Source: an uncultured Acidimicrobiales bacterium (lineage in GTDB: Bacteria > Actinomycetota > Acidimicrobiia > Acidimicrobiales > VFJN01). Taken from it: 64,000 nt of DNA. The stretch is taken from positions 5,424-69,423 of the forward strand of contig CAWJFG010000020.1 in assembly GCA_963842015.1 (NCBI GenBank), written 5' to 3'. The notes under the pieces are model-generated. The model was not told the DNA's origin, searched no databases, and worked only from the letters and a program-made list of their open reading frames with translations. Positions 39,022 through 49,167 of the stretch are shown piece after piece (position 1 is the stretch's first letter; each line of letters begins with the position of its first letter). Made by a program: the position numbers and the translations under genes.

Positions 39022-39783
39022 ATGCGCGGCGGACGCTCGTACCGGTGGATCTCACTGCTGCTCATCGTGGTCGTGCCCTCGTGCGGCGATGACGACGATG
39101 ACCAACCTTCGAACACCACCCAGTCGGAGTCACCGGCGACGACCAGCGGATCGGAAGCGAGCCGAGCCGAGGATCTCGCGATCGCGGAGAGCGCTGTCCT
39201 GACGATCAACGACTTCCCCCCAGGCTGGGAGGAAGGACCCGTCGAGCGACCGTCGGACAATCCAGAGATCGAGGCCGGAATCGCTGAGTGTCTCGATGTC
39301 CCCGTAGACGAGCTCTACCCAGACAACCCTCAGGCGACATCGCCGACCTTCACCTCCCCGCAGGACGAGGAGGTGTCATCGCGTGTGACCGTGACGCCAT
39401 CGTCCGAGGACGCCCAGCAAGCGCTCGAACGCCTGTCGGGTGACGCCGTACCCGGCTGCTACGCGCAAGCGGTGGAGGCGCTCGTCATGCAGAGCCTGCT
39501 GTCGAGCGACGATGTGCCCGAGGGCCTCGACTTCGGAGAGGTCACGTTCAACCGCTTGTCGACGGATCAGATCGGCGACGAGTCGATCGCCTTCCGAACG
39601 ACGCTCCCATTCGAGTACCAGGGCTTCGACTCTCAGATCGAGCTCGACTTCGTGCTGGCGAGGGTCGGTCGCGTCGGCATCAACATGAGCTTTCAGTCGG
39701 AGGAGACGTCCTTCGATCCCGAAGAGGCTCGACAACTCACCGAAACAGTTGTCGCTCGCGTCGAGACGGCCGACGCCGGGTGA
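39022..39783 (+). CDS. Putative lipoprotein
   Basis: Signal peptide ending 'VVPSC', acidic Ser/Thr linker, two further Cys. Confidence 0.7.
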   Translation: MRGGRSYRWISLLLIVVVPSCGDDDDDQPSNTTQSESPATTSGSEASRAEDLAIAESAVLTINDFPPGWEEGPVERPSDNPEIEAGIAECLDVPVDELYPDNPQATSPTFTSPQDEEVSSRVTVTPSSEDAQQALERLSGDAVPGCYAQAVEALVMQSLLSSDDVPEGLDFGEVTFNRLSTDQIGDESIAFRTTLPFEYQGFDSQIELDFVLARVGRVGINMSFQSEETSFDPEEARQLTETVVARVETADAG

Positions 39784-39932
39784 CCGGCAGGTCTCGTCCA
39801 CGATGGCGCGAACACGACTGGCGGCGGGCCGCCGTGGTCCGGGCGACGCGCATCGATGATCGGCGGGATGATGGACCTCGGCTTGGCGGCGGTCAGGGAG
39901 GCGCAGGAGGCAGCGCCCCAGGTCATGCGGCG

Positions 39933-40544
39933 TCAGAAGTCGATCCGCATGACTGCGCGGCGGGGGGTCGGGTGGCTGACCTCGGTGAAGCCCGCTGCCT
40001 CGTACACGCTGCGGCTGCCGACGTACAGCTCGCCCCACTGCACCACCTGGCCGGGCTCGGTGATCATGGCGTAGCCCTCGACGGCCTGGGCGCCGCGACC
40101 GCGGGCGTGCTCGGCCGCCGCCCGGGCCAGCGCCCGGCTCACGCCGCGCCGTCGGAACCCTGTGCGGGTCACGAAGCAGGTGATCGCCCAGACACCATCG
40201 TCGGTGCGGTCCTCATCCCGTCCCGTCCACGGCACTCGCATCTTGAGAAGGCGGATGTAGCCGGTGCGCGGTTCGACCGCGCACCAGCCAGCGGGCTCGC
40301 CGTCGAGGTAGGCGACGAGGCCGCTCGTCGTGTCTGCGCCCGGGTCGCCGCAGTGCGTCTGATCCCGTAGGTGGTCGGCCCGGACCTCGACCGGGACCGA
40401 GCGCCAGTCCTTGTCGCGGATCTTGAACGATTGGCACTGGCACCTGGCCGGTGTGCCTCGGGTGCCGAACACCGCCTGGATGTCGTCCCAGCTCGCCTCG
40501 TTGGCGGGAACGATCGTGATGCCGTCTCCTGCCGTGTCGCTCAT
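39933..40544 (-). CDS. GNAT N-acetyltransferase
   Basis: 'GWCAVEPR', 'TCFVTRTGFRRRGVS', 'VEGY'. Confidence 0.88.
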   Translation of the reverse strand: MSDTAGDGITIVPANEASWDDIQAVFGTRGTPARCQCQSFKIRDKDWRSVPVEVRADHLRDQTHCGDPGADTTSGLVAYLDGEPAGWCAVEPRTGYIRLLKMRVPWTGRDEDRTDDGVWAITCFVTRTGFRRRGVSRALARAAAEHARGRGAQAVEGYAMITEPGQVVQWGELYVGSRSVYEAAGFTEVSHPTPRRAVMRIDF

Positions 40545-40559
40545 GGCGACACGCTACGG

Positions 40560-40641
40560 GACGCCGACGTGGAGACCGGCGAGGAACTCCTGCCGCTCGT
40601 GCTCGCTCATGGCCAAGGAAATGGGCGAAGGGTGCCACGTC
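40560..40641 (-). repeat. Inverted copy of 38250-38331 (5' end of the PPOX-like gene)
   Basis: 82-bp near-identical reverse complement, ending 5 bp before End A. Confidence 0.8.
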
Positions 40642-40646
40642 CCCCG

Positions 40647-40697
40647 TGTGCTCCGACACGAAACTGACAGTGAAAACGACAGGGAGTGTCAGCGAAC
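40647..40697 (+). mobile_element. End A
   Basis: TGTGCTCCGACACGAAACTGACAGTGAAAACGACAGGGAGTGTCAGCGAAC. Confidence 0.85.
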
Positions 40698-40814
40698 AGT
40701 CGTTCGGTCGCTGCGCAGGAAATGGGGGAGAGGCCCTCGCGCTGGTCGCATCGAGGCTGGCGGACTCAGCCGGCGGTAGGTGACAGCGTGCGTCGCGACC
40801 GCGAGGCTTCTGGC

Positions 40815-41288
40815 GTGAACGATCTCGCGGAGCAGTTCGACGCCACCTGGCTCAGGTTCCGTGCGGCCGTCGACGACCTGGGCGATGCACAGATGGAATC
40901 TCCCACCCGGGTCGGCTGGACAGCGAAGGAGATGCTCGGGCACCTCGGCTTCTGGCTCGAGGCGACCGAGGGAGTCATCGTCGGGATGTTCCTAGGCGAG
41001 CCGCTCCGCGACGACTTCGCATTCGAGAGCGGCTACGTCCCGGATCCCGACGCTCCCTGGCCTATCGCCGATGCCCACAATGCCCGTGAAGCCTCGTGGG
41101 CGAGGTCGCGAAGCGCAGCAGAGGTGGTTGCTCGGCTCGACGCGGGGCACGCCGTGTTCATGTCGCTCATTGAGTCACTGGAAGCCGACGAGCTCACGGA
41201 CGATCGATACAGGAACTACGTCGACCACATGTGCACCGAGTTCGACGCACACCTCGAGGAGCTCCAAGACCTGCTCTTGACCGCGTGA
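40815..41288 (+). CDS. DinB-superfamily four-helix bundle protein
   Basis: 'GWTAKEMLGHLGFW', 'HN', 'AHLEEL'. Confidence 0.7.
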   Translation: MNDLAEQFDATWLRFRAAVDDLGDAQMESPTRVGWTAKEMLGHLGFWLEATEGVIVGMFLGEPLRDDFAFESGYVPDPDAPWPIADAHNAREASWARSRSAAEVVARLDAGHAVFMSLIESLEADELTDDRYRNYVDHMCTEFDAHLEELQDLLLTA

Positions 41289-41356
41289 ACCGTGACGAAC
41301 CGTCCCGGCGATAGGGGCAACGAGGGCGCGTTCGGTGGTCGGCCTAGCATCCGCTC

Positions 41357-42127
41357 GTGGGGGTTCCGCCGCGAGCGCCGTTGGAGTGGGCCGAACGGTG
41401 GCAGCGATCGTGGGATCGGCTCGAAGAGGCCCTCGTCTCCGACCGGGAGCGCCTGATCAGGACGCTGCTGGACGTAGTGGAGGCCATGGCCGGCACCGCC
41501 CCGACCGTCGTCGATCTGGCCTGCGGCCCAGGCTCGATCACCTCCCGACTTCTCGATCGGTTGCCCCGGGCACGCTCGATCGCAGTCGACGTCGATCCGG
41601 TGCTGCTAACCATCGCGTCAGCGACGTTCGCCCACGACGACCGTGTGCGGGTCGTGCGGGCGGACCTGCGCGACCGAGGGTGGCGCGATGCCTTACCTGA
41701 GTCCCAGATCGACGCCATCCTCACGTCGACGGCGCTGCATTGGCTCCCCGAGGAGGCTGTTCGCCGGCTGTACCGCGACCTCGCAGGTCTGGTCGGTCGA
41801 GGTGGCGTCGTAGCGCACAGCGAACAGATGCCGTTGACGCACCTCCCCCGTATCGGGCCCGCACTCGCCAAGATCGAGCGGCAACGCCGGGCTGAGCGCG
41901 AAGATCGCCGGGCACGTTGGGACGCCTGGTGGGAACAGGCATCCCGCGAGCCAGCACTCCAACCCGCCATGACGCAGCGGCGCGCGGTGTTCGAGACCAC
42001 CTATCCGACCGAGGAGTTCTCGCCGCCAGCGGACTGGCACATCGCGGCGATGCGGGACGCAGGCTTCGTGGAAGCCGGTGTCGTCTGGCGGTCAGGCCCG
42101 GCCGCAGTCATCGCAGCAGTCCGATAA
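41357..42127 (+). CDS. Class I SAM-dependent methyltransferase
   Basis: 'VDLACGPGS', 'VDVDPVLL', 'STALHW'. Confidence 0.85.
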   Translation: MGVPPRAPLEWAERWQRSWDRLEEALVSDRERLIRTLLDVVEAMAGTAPTVVDLACGPGSITSRLLDRLPRARSIAVDVDPVLLTIASATFAHDDRVRVVRADLRDRGWRDALPESQIDAILTSTALHWLPEEAVRRLYRDLAGLVGRGGVVAHSEQMPLTHLPRIGPALAKIERQRRAEREDRRARWDAWWEQASREPALQPAMTQRRAVFETTYPTEEFSPPADWHIAAMRDAGFVEAGVVWRSGPAAVIAAVR

Positions 42128-42230
42128 CCGGGACATCCTCCACCGAACACGCCGCCATACGCCCGGCGATTCGAGGCAGCCGAGCACACCCTCCCTCCGT
42201 CCGGGACGGGATGACGCATACCGTTGCGCG

Positions 42231-43001
42231 ATGCGCATCGGGGTCATCGCTGACATCCACGGCGTTTCCGACGCGTTGAGGGCGGTTCTCCATGACGGAC
42301 GCCGTGTGGGGGTCGATCGTTGGTGGGGGCTCGGTGATCTCGTGCTCTTCGGACCGCACCCGGTCGAGGTGCTCGAAATGCTCGGCGGGCTCGATGACGT
42401 CGGGCTCGTCGCCGGGAACACCGACCGCTACGTGCTCACCGATGACCAACCCTCTTCCCACGCGACAGCCGAGGCCGCGGCCGCCGAGGTCGATCTCGTA
42501 TGGCGCTACGGACGGATGGCGGCGGGCGCGGCGTGGACTCGCGGTGTGCTCGACCAGGCCGGAGTCCTTGGGATGCTCGACGCCCTTCCTGGCAACCAGT
42601 CCACGATGCTGGCGGACGGCACGTCCGTGTTGGGTGTCCACGCGTCACCACGATCCGATGACGGACCTGGGTTCGACTCGGTGTCCTCGGACGAGGAGAT
42701 CGCTCGCCTGCTCGCAGGGGTCGACGCCGACTGGGTCGTGGGTGGCCATACGCACGACCCCACCGATCGCGTGGTCGGCGGCCGCCGTGTGCTGAACCCG
42801 GGCAGCGTCGGCTTGCCGCGGACACTCGGTGCCGCCTCGTGGATGCTCATCGACAGCCATGACGATGGCGCCACCGTCGAGCATCGGGCGGTCGACTTCG
42901 ACGTGGCAGCGGTGGTCGATGCGCTGGACCGCCGTCGCCACCCGAATCGAGAGTTCATCGCCTCAGTGCTGACCCGAGGGACGTTCGTGGAGAACCGCTG
43001 A
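42231..43001 (+). CDS. Metallophosphoesterase (YfcE-like)
   Basis: 'ADIHG', 'LGDLV', 'GNTD', 'GHTH', 'NPGSVG'. Confidence 0.88.
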   Translation: MRIGVIADIHGVSDALRAVLHDGRRVGVDRWWGLGDLVLFGPHPVEVLEMLGGLDDVGLVAGNTDRYVLTDDQPSSHATAEAAAAEVDLVWRYGRMAAGAAWTRGVLDQAGVLGMLDALPGNQSTMLADGTSVLGVHASPRSDDGPGFDSVSSDEEIARLLAGVDADWVVGGHTHDPTDRVVGGRRVLNPGSVGLPRTLGAASWMLIDSHDDGATVEHRAVDFDVAAVVDALDRRRHPNREFIASVLTRGTFVENR

Positions 43002-43072
43002 CCATCCCCGAAGTGCCGCAATGCAGCGCGGAAGGTGACCGCCCCAGAACGTAGTCCCCAAGCGTCCGCGAC

Positions 43073-43235
43073 GGGACTGCCGCGCGTTGAGGTGACAGGT
43101 TTGGATTAGGCGGCCAGCGCGGCCGGTGGGGAGTTGATCATCTCGTACTCGATCGGGGCAAGGCGGCCGAGAACGGCTTGGCGTCGGCGTCGGTTGTAGG
43201 TGCGTTCGATCCAGGTCACGATGGCGATCCGGAGT
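43073..43235 (-). mobile_element. IS3-family remnant: transposase C-terminus and probable right end
   Basis: 'LRIAIVTWIERTYNRRRRQAVLGRLAPIEYE..AA*' (stop 43106-43108) followed by CTGTCACCTCAACGCGCGGCAGTCCC. Confidence 0.75.
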
Positions 43236-43374
43236 CGTCGCTGCTCTCCTTCTGCTTAACCACGCCCCGTCGTCACCATCGCCGGGAGGTCGGTGGCCCC
43301 CGTCAGCGGGCAGATCTCGTTGGCCACCCACACCCGCCTACCCCGGCCACACCCCGCTCACATCCGAAGCGCCC

Positions 43375-43441
43375 GTTTCTACCGACAGTGCCCTGTCGTT
43401 TTCACTAACAATCGATGTCGCTGCACAGCCCTGTGCAGCGA
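43375..43441. mobile_element. End B (to 43427), 4-bp spacer GCCC, 10-bp End A tip (43432-43441)
   Basis: ..TGTCGTTTTCACTAACAATCGATGTCGCTGCACA-GCCC-TGTGCAGCGA. Confidence 0.8.
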
Positions 43442-43447
43442 ATTCGA

Positions 43448-43620
43448 TCACCCAGCGAGCACCCCGTCCCTGACGACCACGTTTGCCGGGTGCAAGTCAC
43501 CGTGCGGCCACGGCAGCGCCCCCCAGGCGGGCGCCGCGACGGCCCTCTCCCACGCAGAAACGCCGAACACAGTCGGGCCTCCAACATCAGCCCTCGGCCT
43601 TCTGGAGGAGTGGCGTTGGC
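43448..43620 (-). pseudogene. Internal fragment of an aminoglycoside-phosphotransferase-family gene
   Basis: 'WERAVAAPAW..HGDLHPANVVVRDGVLAG'. Confidence 0.7.
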
Positions 43621-43714
43621 GCTCTCGATCGGTGTGCTCGGTTCTCCCGACACGCTGCGACGTCGTCCATCGGCCAGGGACGGTCGTCGGCACGGTTCGG
43701 CGGGTGCCTGGGAC

Positions 43715-43880
43715 CGTCAATCAGGTGTTCCGCCGGTGCGCCCGATGCGGCCGGGCGTACTGGGCGGGATCGCACCAGGCGCACCTCGAGCGGCTGGTGA
43801 CCCGGCTCGTCGAGCGGCTGTCGCCTGGCCGTCGGCCGCCGGACCCGCCGGGAGCAGCGCCCACAGGCTCACCGCCGTGA
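43715..43880 (+). pseudogene. Mut7-C RNase C-terminal zinc-ribbon fragment
   Basis: 'FRRCARCGRAYWAGSH'. Confidence 0.6.
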
Positions 43881-44700
43881 GGGCCACCAGCAACACCACG
43901 TAGCCTGCGGCGGGGGCGCCGCCCCAGTCGAGCTCGTCGCCGTGGCGGGCGAGCGCGATGGCCTGCAGCACGCCGAACGCCACTCCGGTGATGGCGAGGG
44001 GCCGCAGCGAGGGGCGGTCGTCCAGCAGCACGGCGTGCCCCGCTGCGATGCCGAGCCCCACGAGCCAGGCGCCGATCGCCCGACCGGTCAGGGGCGTGAG
44101 CGGCCACGGCCAGGCGGCGTCGGCCCACGCCGGCGACACGAGCAGGGCCACGCCCAGCCCGAGCAGCAGCACAGCGAGCCCGAACAGCACCATCCGGACG
44201 AGCCACGGGAGCCCACCCGGGGGCGGCACGGCGGTGGACGCCCGCCGCTGGGCGACGGCGGCGACGACCATCAGCACGGGCACCGCCGTGTACACAGCGA
44301 GCCAGGCCCAGGTGACGGCCCGGGTGCTGAGGTCGATGTTCGTCGCCGAGGTGGAAGGTCTCGAGGTGCACGAGCGTGACGACCAGCGTCAACGCCGTGA
44401 ACACGAACACTGCGGGCACGGCGACGCGGGCGTCGGCCCATAGGCGGGCGCGAGCGGCGCCGAGCTCGAGCCCGATCGCCGACCAGTACGACGCCCCGAG
44501 GAAGACCGCCGTCATCGGCGACCCGATCGTCCAGGCGAAGTAGCGCTCGGTGCGGAGCGGGAACACGAACAGTTGCACGCCGGCCAGGAACACGAGGACG
44601 GCCGCGGCGACCAGCAGCCGGCGCATGGTCGGCACCACCGGGGCCGCCGCCCTGCCGGGGGCGGAACCGACGCGGCGCCCCTCCCGTCGTCGGCGCTCAC
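43717..44700 (-). CDS. Multi-TM membrane protein; frameshift near 44340
   Basis: 'FAWTI..TAVFLGASY' and 'WPWPLTPLTGRAIGAW' in two frames. Confidence 0.65.
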
Positions 44701-46473
44701 CTCGCCACGTCCTCGGCGAAGGGATCGGGCGCCTCGGCCAGGTACTGGTGCACCAGCTGCACGACCGCGGCACCGTCGCCCACCGCCGTGGCCACCCGCT
44801 TGACCGAGCCACGGCGGGCGTCGCCGATGGCGAAGACGCCCGGCGCGCTGGTCTCGAGGGGCAAGGGGGACGCGGTCGGGTCGGCGAGCGGCCGACCGGT
44901 CGACCTCGGGGCCGACGACGACGAACCCGGACTCGTCGCGCTGCACGACTGATCCCAGCCAGGCCGTGTGGGGTCTCGAGCCGATGAGCACGAACAGCCC
45001 GCCGGCCGGCACCCGCTCGGTCGTCCCGGCGTCGAGATCGGCGATCTCGATCTCGGCGAGCACGTCGTCGATCGCCGCCCCGCCCACCACCTGGGCACGG
45101 TGCCGGATGTCGACGTTGCGGGTGCTCTGGAGCTGCTCGATGAGGTATTCGGACATGCTCGCCGCCAGGCTGGCGCTGCGGACGAGGAGCGTGACGTGGC
45201 GTGCGTACTTGGCCAGGTGGAGGGCGGCCTGGCCGGCGGAGTTCCCGCCACCGATCACGAACACCGGCCGGCCAGCCATCGCCGGGGCTTCGGTGACGGC
45301 GGCGCCGTAGAACACGCCCCGGCCGACCAGCGCTTCAAGCTCGGGCACATCGAGCCGCCGGTAGTCGACCCCATTGGCGATCACCGTGGTGCGCGATTGC
45401 ACGACGGTGCCGTCGGACAGGGTCAGGAGGTGCCGGCCGTCCGGCTCGACCTCGAGGCTCACCGCCTCGCGGAAGAACAGGAACTCGGCGCCGAACGTCC
45501 ACGCCTGCTGAAACGACCGGAACGCCAAGTGCTGGCCGCTCACTCCCCGGGCGAAGCCGGGGTAGTTGCGGATGAGCGAGCTGGTGCCGGCCTGCCCGCC
45601 GATCGCCTGCCGCTCGACCACCAGAGTCGACAGCCCCTCGGAGGCCGCGTACACGGCCGCGGCCAGCCCCGCCGGGCCGGCCCCGACGATGTCGAGGTCA
45701 TAGCCGGCATCGGAGCGCGGCGGGTGCATCACCCCGAAAGCGTCGGCCAGCTCGATGTCAGTCGGGTTGACCAGTGTCGTCGGCGGAGACGTGAACTGCA
45801 GGACCATGACCGGCAGCTCGGGGTCGTGCAGGCCCGAGGTCTGACAGGATCCGGTGCGCCGCCTCGGTGTGCGCCGGCATAGAACCCCACCGGGATGTGA
45901 TTGCGGGCGAACGCATCGCGCAGCAGGTGCGTGCGCTCGTCGTGGGCGCCCACCATTCGCACCGCCTCGAACCCGCGGTCCTGAGCCCAGTTCCAGTCGT
46001 CGAGGAGATCGGTCACCGACCCATGGAACTCCTCGTCACGGGGGCGCTCAGGGCGGATCAGCGTGATGTCCGCCTGCCCCTCCGCGATGGCCTGGAACAC
46101 CGGCCCGCGAGGCGTCGAACTCGCCCCACCGCACCACCACCGCCCGCTTGGCCGAGGGGTGGATCACACGGGCCCGCCGCAGGAACCGCAGGGCGTCGCG
46201 GTCGGCGGCGCCGTAGTGCGCCACGATGAGCGCGACGTCGCGCCGCCAGTGGCGCAGCCCATCGAGGACGGCCCGGGCGTGGTCGTAGCCGCGACAGGTG
46301 ACGATCTCGTAGTCGGCGCCGTAGCGGCGCCGCAGCTCGCCGTCGAGGATCGACCTCGTCTCGTCGTCGGTGGTGGCGAGCAGCATCACCGGGGGATCCT
46401 CGGCGGCGCGGTCGCCGTCGTGGCCAGCGCTGCCGGCGTCCGGCACGGTCGCGCTCACCTCGTCCGTTGGCAT
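44697..46473 (-). CDS. Thioredoxin-reductase-like FAD-dependent oxidoreductase with N-terminal receiver-like region; several frameshifts
   Basis: 'IVGAGPAGLAAAVYAASEG', 'GGQAGTSSLIRNY', 'GGGNSAGQ', 'GVFAIGD..VKRVATAVGDG'. Confidence 0.85.
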
Positions 46474-46653
46474 GGCGCCCGTCCTTCCGCTCTCGCCGCC
46501 ACATCGACCCCGTAAGCCTAAGGCTCGACGGCGCGACCTCCGGTCAGATCGCGTTTCCCACCGCCGCCGCGCGCGTGCTGGTGCGAGGCGAAAGCCCGGC
46601 TAGGTGTAGATCCTGCTGGGCGACTCGCCCGGGCCGTCACACCGGCGTCGTAG

Positions 46654-46703
46654 TGTGCAGCGACAGGAAACTGACAGTGAAACGACAGCGACTGTCAGCG
46701 AAC
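46654..46703 (+). mobile_element. End A
   Basis: TGTGCAGCGACAGGAAACTGACAGTGAAACGACAGCGACTGTCAGCGAAC. Confidence 0.85.
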
Positions 46704-46821
46704 GTCGTTCGATGACCGATGGGGGAGAGGGCCCAGTTGCACTGCCCAGGCCTGGTCATCAGCGTCCTGGTCGAGAAGCAGGTCGAGATGCGCCGCGTTT
46801 CCGTGTGCGCCGACTGGTACC

Positions 46822-46906
46822 GGTCTTCATCCGGGAGTCGATCGACCAGCCCACGATCCGGTTCGACCAGGCGTCCTTGATGGCGCACAGGATAGAGCTT
46901 TCCGTC
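46822..46906 (-). mobile_element. IS3-family transposase internal fragment
   Basis: 'GKLY/LCAIKDAWSNRIVGWSIDSRMK' from the DDE core. Confidence 0.65.
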
Positions 46907-46996
46907 GGCGGCGACGTTCCCGACCAGCAACCTGGGCTGGCACGAGCGATCCGGTGGGCTCACCACAGAGCTGGCGGCGAACTTCTTGCCGCTCTC

Positions 46997-47083
46997 GACG
47001 AGGCCGAGGTCGCCTACTGGGGATGTTGCCCCGCGTGCCGGTCCGAGGCGCTGACCGAGGCCGGGGCCACGACCGGCGCCTGA
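46997..47083 (+). pseudogene. FurA-like C-terminal fragment
   Basis: 'DEAEVAYWGCCPAC'. Confidence 0.6.
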
Positions 47084-47990
47084 CGGATCGCCTCCGGGTC
47101 GAGGTGGCGCAGCTTGTCCGGGTTCACGACCGTGTGCACCGCCGCGATGTGACCGTCGACGATGTCGAGCTCCATGACGGCGACGACGTTCCCGTCGGCA
47201 TCGGTGATGGTCGCGCCGGGCTGGCCGTTGACCTGCGCCTGGTGGAGGGACAGGCCGGCGTACGCACCGCCGGTCCGCATGCCCGTGACGAGCATCCGGG
47301 CGACCCTGGTCCGGCCCTGGACGGGGCGGGCGATGGCCCGCACGACGCCTCCGCCGTCACCGTGGAAGACGACGTCGTCTGCCAGCAGCTCTTCGAGCTC
47401 GCCCAGGTCGCCGCCGCGGACCGCAGCCAGGAAGCGGCTGGCCAGCTCGTCGCGGCTGTTCCGGTGACGCCTCGAACCGGGGACGGCCCTCCTCCACGTG
47501 CCGTCGGCCCCGTGCCACGAGCTGGCGGGTGTTGTCCTCGCTCGTGCCGATGATGCCGGCAATGTCGGCGTACGGGTAGGCGAAGACCTCGCGGAGCAGG
47601 AACGCAGCCCGCTGCTCGGGCGTAGAGGTTCTCGAGCAGCACCAGGAACGCCAACGACAGCGAGTCCGCCACCTCGGCGGCGTCGGCGGGGTCGATGACG
47701 CGGTCGTCGACCAGCGGCTCGGGCAGCCACTCGCCGACGTAGCTTCTCACGCGCGCACCCTTGCCGAGCGCAGCTGGTCGATGCAGAGCCGGGTGACGAC
47801 GGTGGACACGTAGGCACGCGGCGATTCGATCTGCTCGTCGCGCTCGCGGGCGAGGTGGAAGCGCAGCAGCGCCTCCTGCACGATGTCCTCGGCATCGCTC
47901 GACACTGCCGAGCATCCGGTAGGCGACCGCGAACGCCCGGGGCCGCAGCTCCTCCAGGGTCGGCATCCCGGGCGTCGGCGTTCCCGGCAT
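47014..47990 (-). CDS. ECF41 (SigJ-like) sigma factor, copy 3; several frameshifts
   Basis: 'AYRMLGSV', 'YVGEWLPEP', 'HGDGGG', 'VNPDKLRHL'. Confidence 0.85.
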
Positions 47991-47993
47991 CGG

Positions 47994-48959
47994 TCAGGCC
48001 AGCCCCTTGGCGAGACCCTGCCGCCAGCTCGGATACCGGAGGTCCCAGCCGAGCTCGCGCTTGGCCTTGGCGTTCGAGCGCCCCGTGCACATCCGTCATC
48101 ATGATGGTCGCCATCTCGCCGGCCACGAGGCGCCCGAGCCACCGCGGGATGCGCCGCGGGGGCTTGGCGTCGAGCGCGCTCGCCAGCGTCGGCAGCCAGT
48201 CCCGCACGGTGGCGGGCTCGTCGTCGACGATGTAGTAGATGCCTCGGGCCGCCGCGCTCGACCGCAATGGCCGTCGCGGCCGCGGCGTCCTCGATGTGGA
48301 TGTGCGACCACACGCCTCCGCCGTCGCCGATGATCGGGAACTGCCGCTTGCGGACGGGGCCGGCCATCTCGGCGTCGGGGTCGAGGCTGATCCCGGTGCC
48401 CGGGCCGTAGAACCCGCCGTAGCGCAGCGCGAGGCCCTCGCCCCAGTCGATCGAGGTCACCGCCTTCTCCAGGTGGAGCAGCGCTTGCACCACCGGGCGC
48501 AGCGCTCCGGGGGGATCGGGATACAGGGGCTCGTCCTCGGTCATCACCGGCGGGCCTGTGGGGGCGTAGCGGAAGGCGCCGAAGCTCTGCGCAACGAACC
48601 GCCGGGCCCCGACGGCCGCGGCCGGCGGCGAGCAGGTAGTCGGTCGCCTCGGTTCGCAGGCGGTTGGTCGTGATCGCCATCGGGGAGCGATCTGGGTGGC
48701 GCGCATCGCGGAGGCCCATCCTCCCGGAGAGCGCCGTGAGCTGGTGCACGATCACCTCCGGCTCGGCTTCGCCCACGACCCGGGCCACGGCGTCGGGGTC
48801 GAGGGCGTCGGCCACGACCGGTCGCGCGCCCAGCGTTCGTAGCATGTCCTGCTTGGCGGGGGTCCTGGTCATCGCGACAACCTCGTGGCCGGCGGCGACG
48901 AGCTCCGGCACCAACTGTACGCCCAGGGCACCGGAGGCTCCGGCGACGAAAACCTTCAT
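47994..48959 (-). CDS. NAD-dependent epimerase/dehydratase, copy 3; frameshifted
   Basis: 'MKVFVAGASGALGVQLVP'; close paralogue of 1498-2455. Confidence 0.85.
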
Positions 48960-48991
48960 GTCAGCTCCTCCTCGTTTCGGTCACCTACTGA

Positions 48992-49018
48992 GACGAGATG
49001 ACCGGCCCCCCTGTGACA
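48992..49018 (-). promoter_or_regulatory. ECF41-type promoter TGTCACA-N16-CGTC
   Basis: Exact consensus upstream of the epimerase. Confidence 0.75.
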
Positions 49019-49167
49019 GTCCCCGGGGGCCGGGATCGTGCCCCGCGGTGTGGTGTAGGTCGACGTGGTGATCGTCGAGGTTGGTACGCGAGCTCCTCTG
49101 CCGCCGCCGGCGACAACACCGACCGGGTCCGGTCCGAAGCGGCGTTCGCGAAGCTGAGCGGCTCCTG

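Noticed and set aside
43073-46906. IS3 remnants as the transposase for End A/End B
   Set aside because: Only short fragments, and the putative IS3 end is unrelated to the TGTGCAGCGACAC ends.
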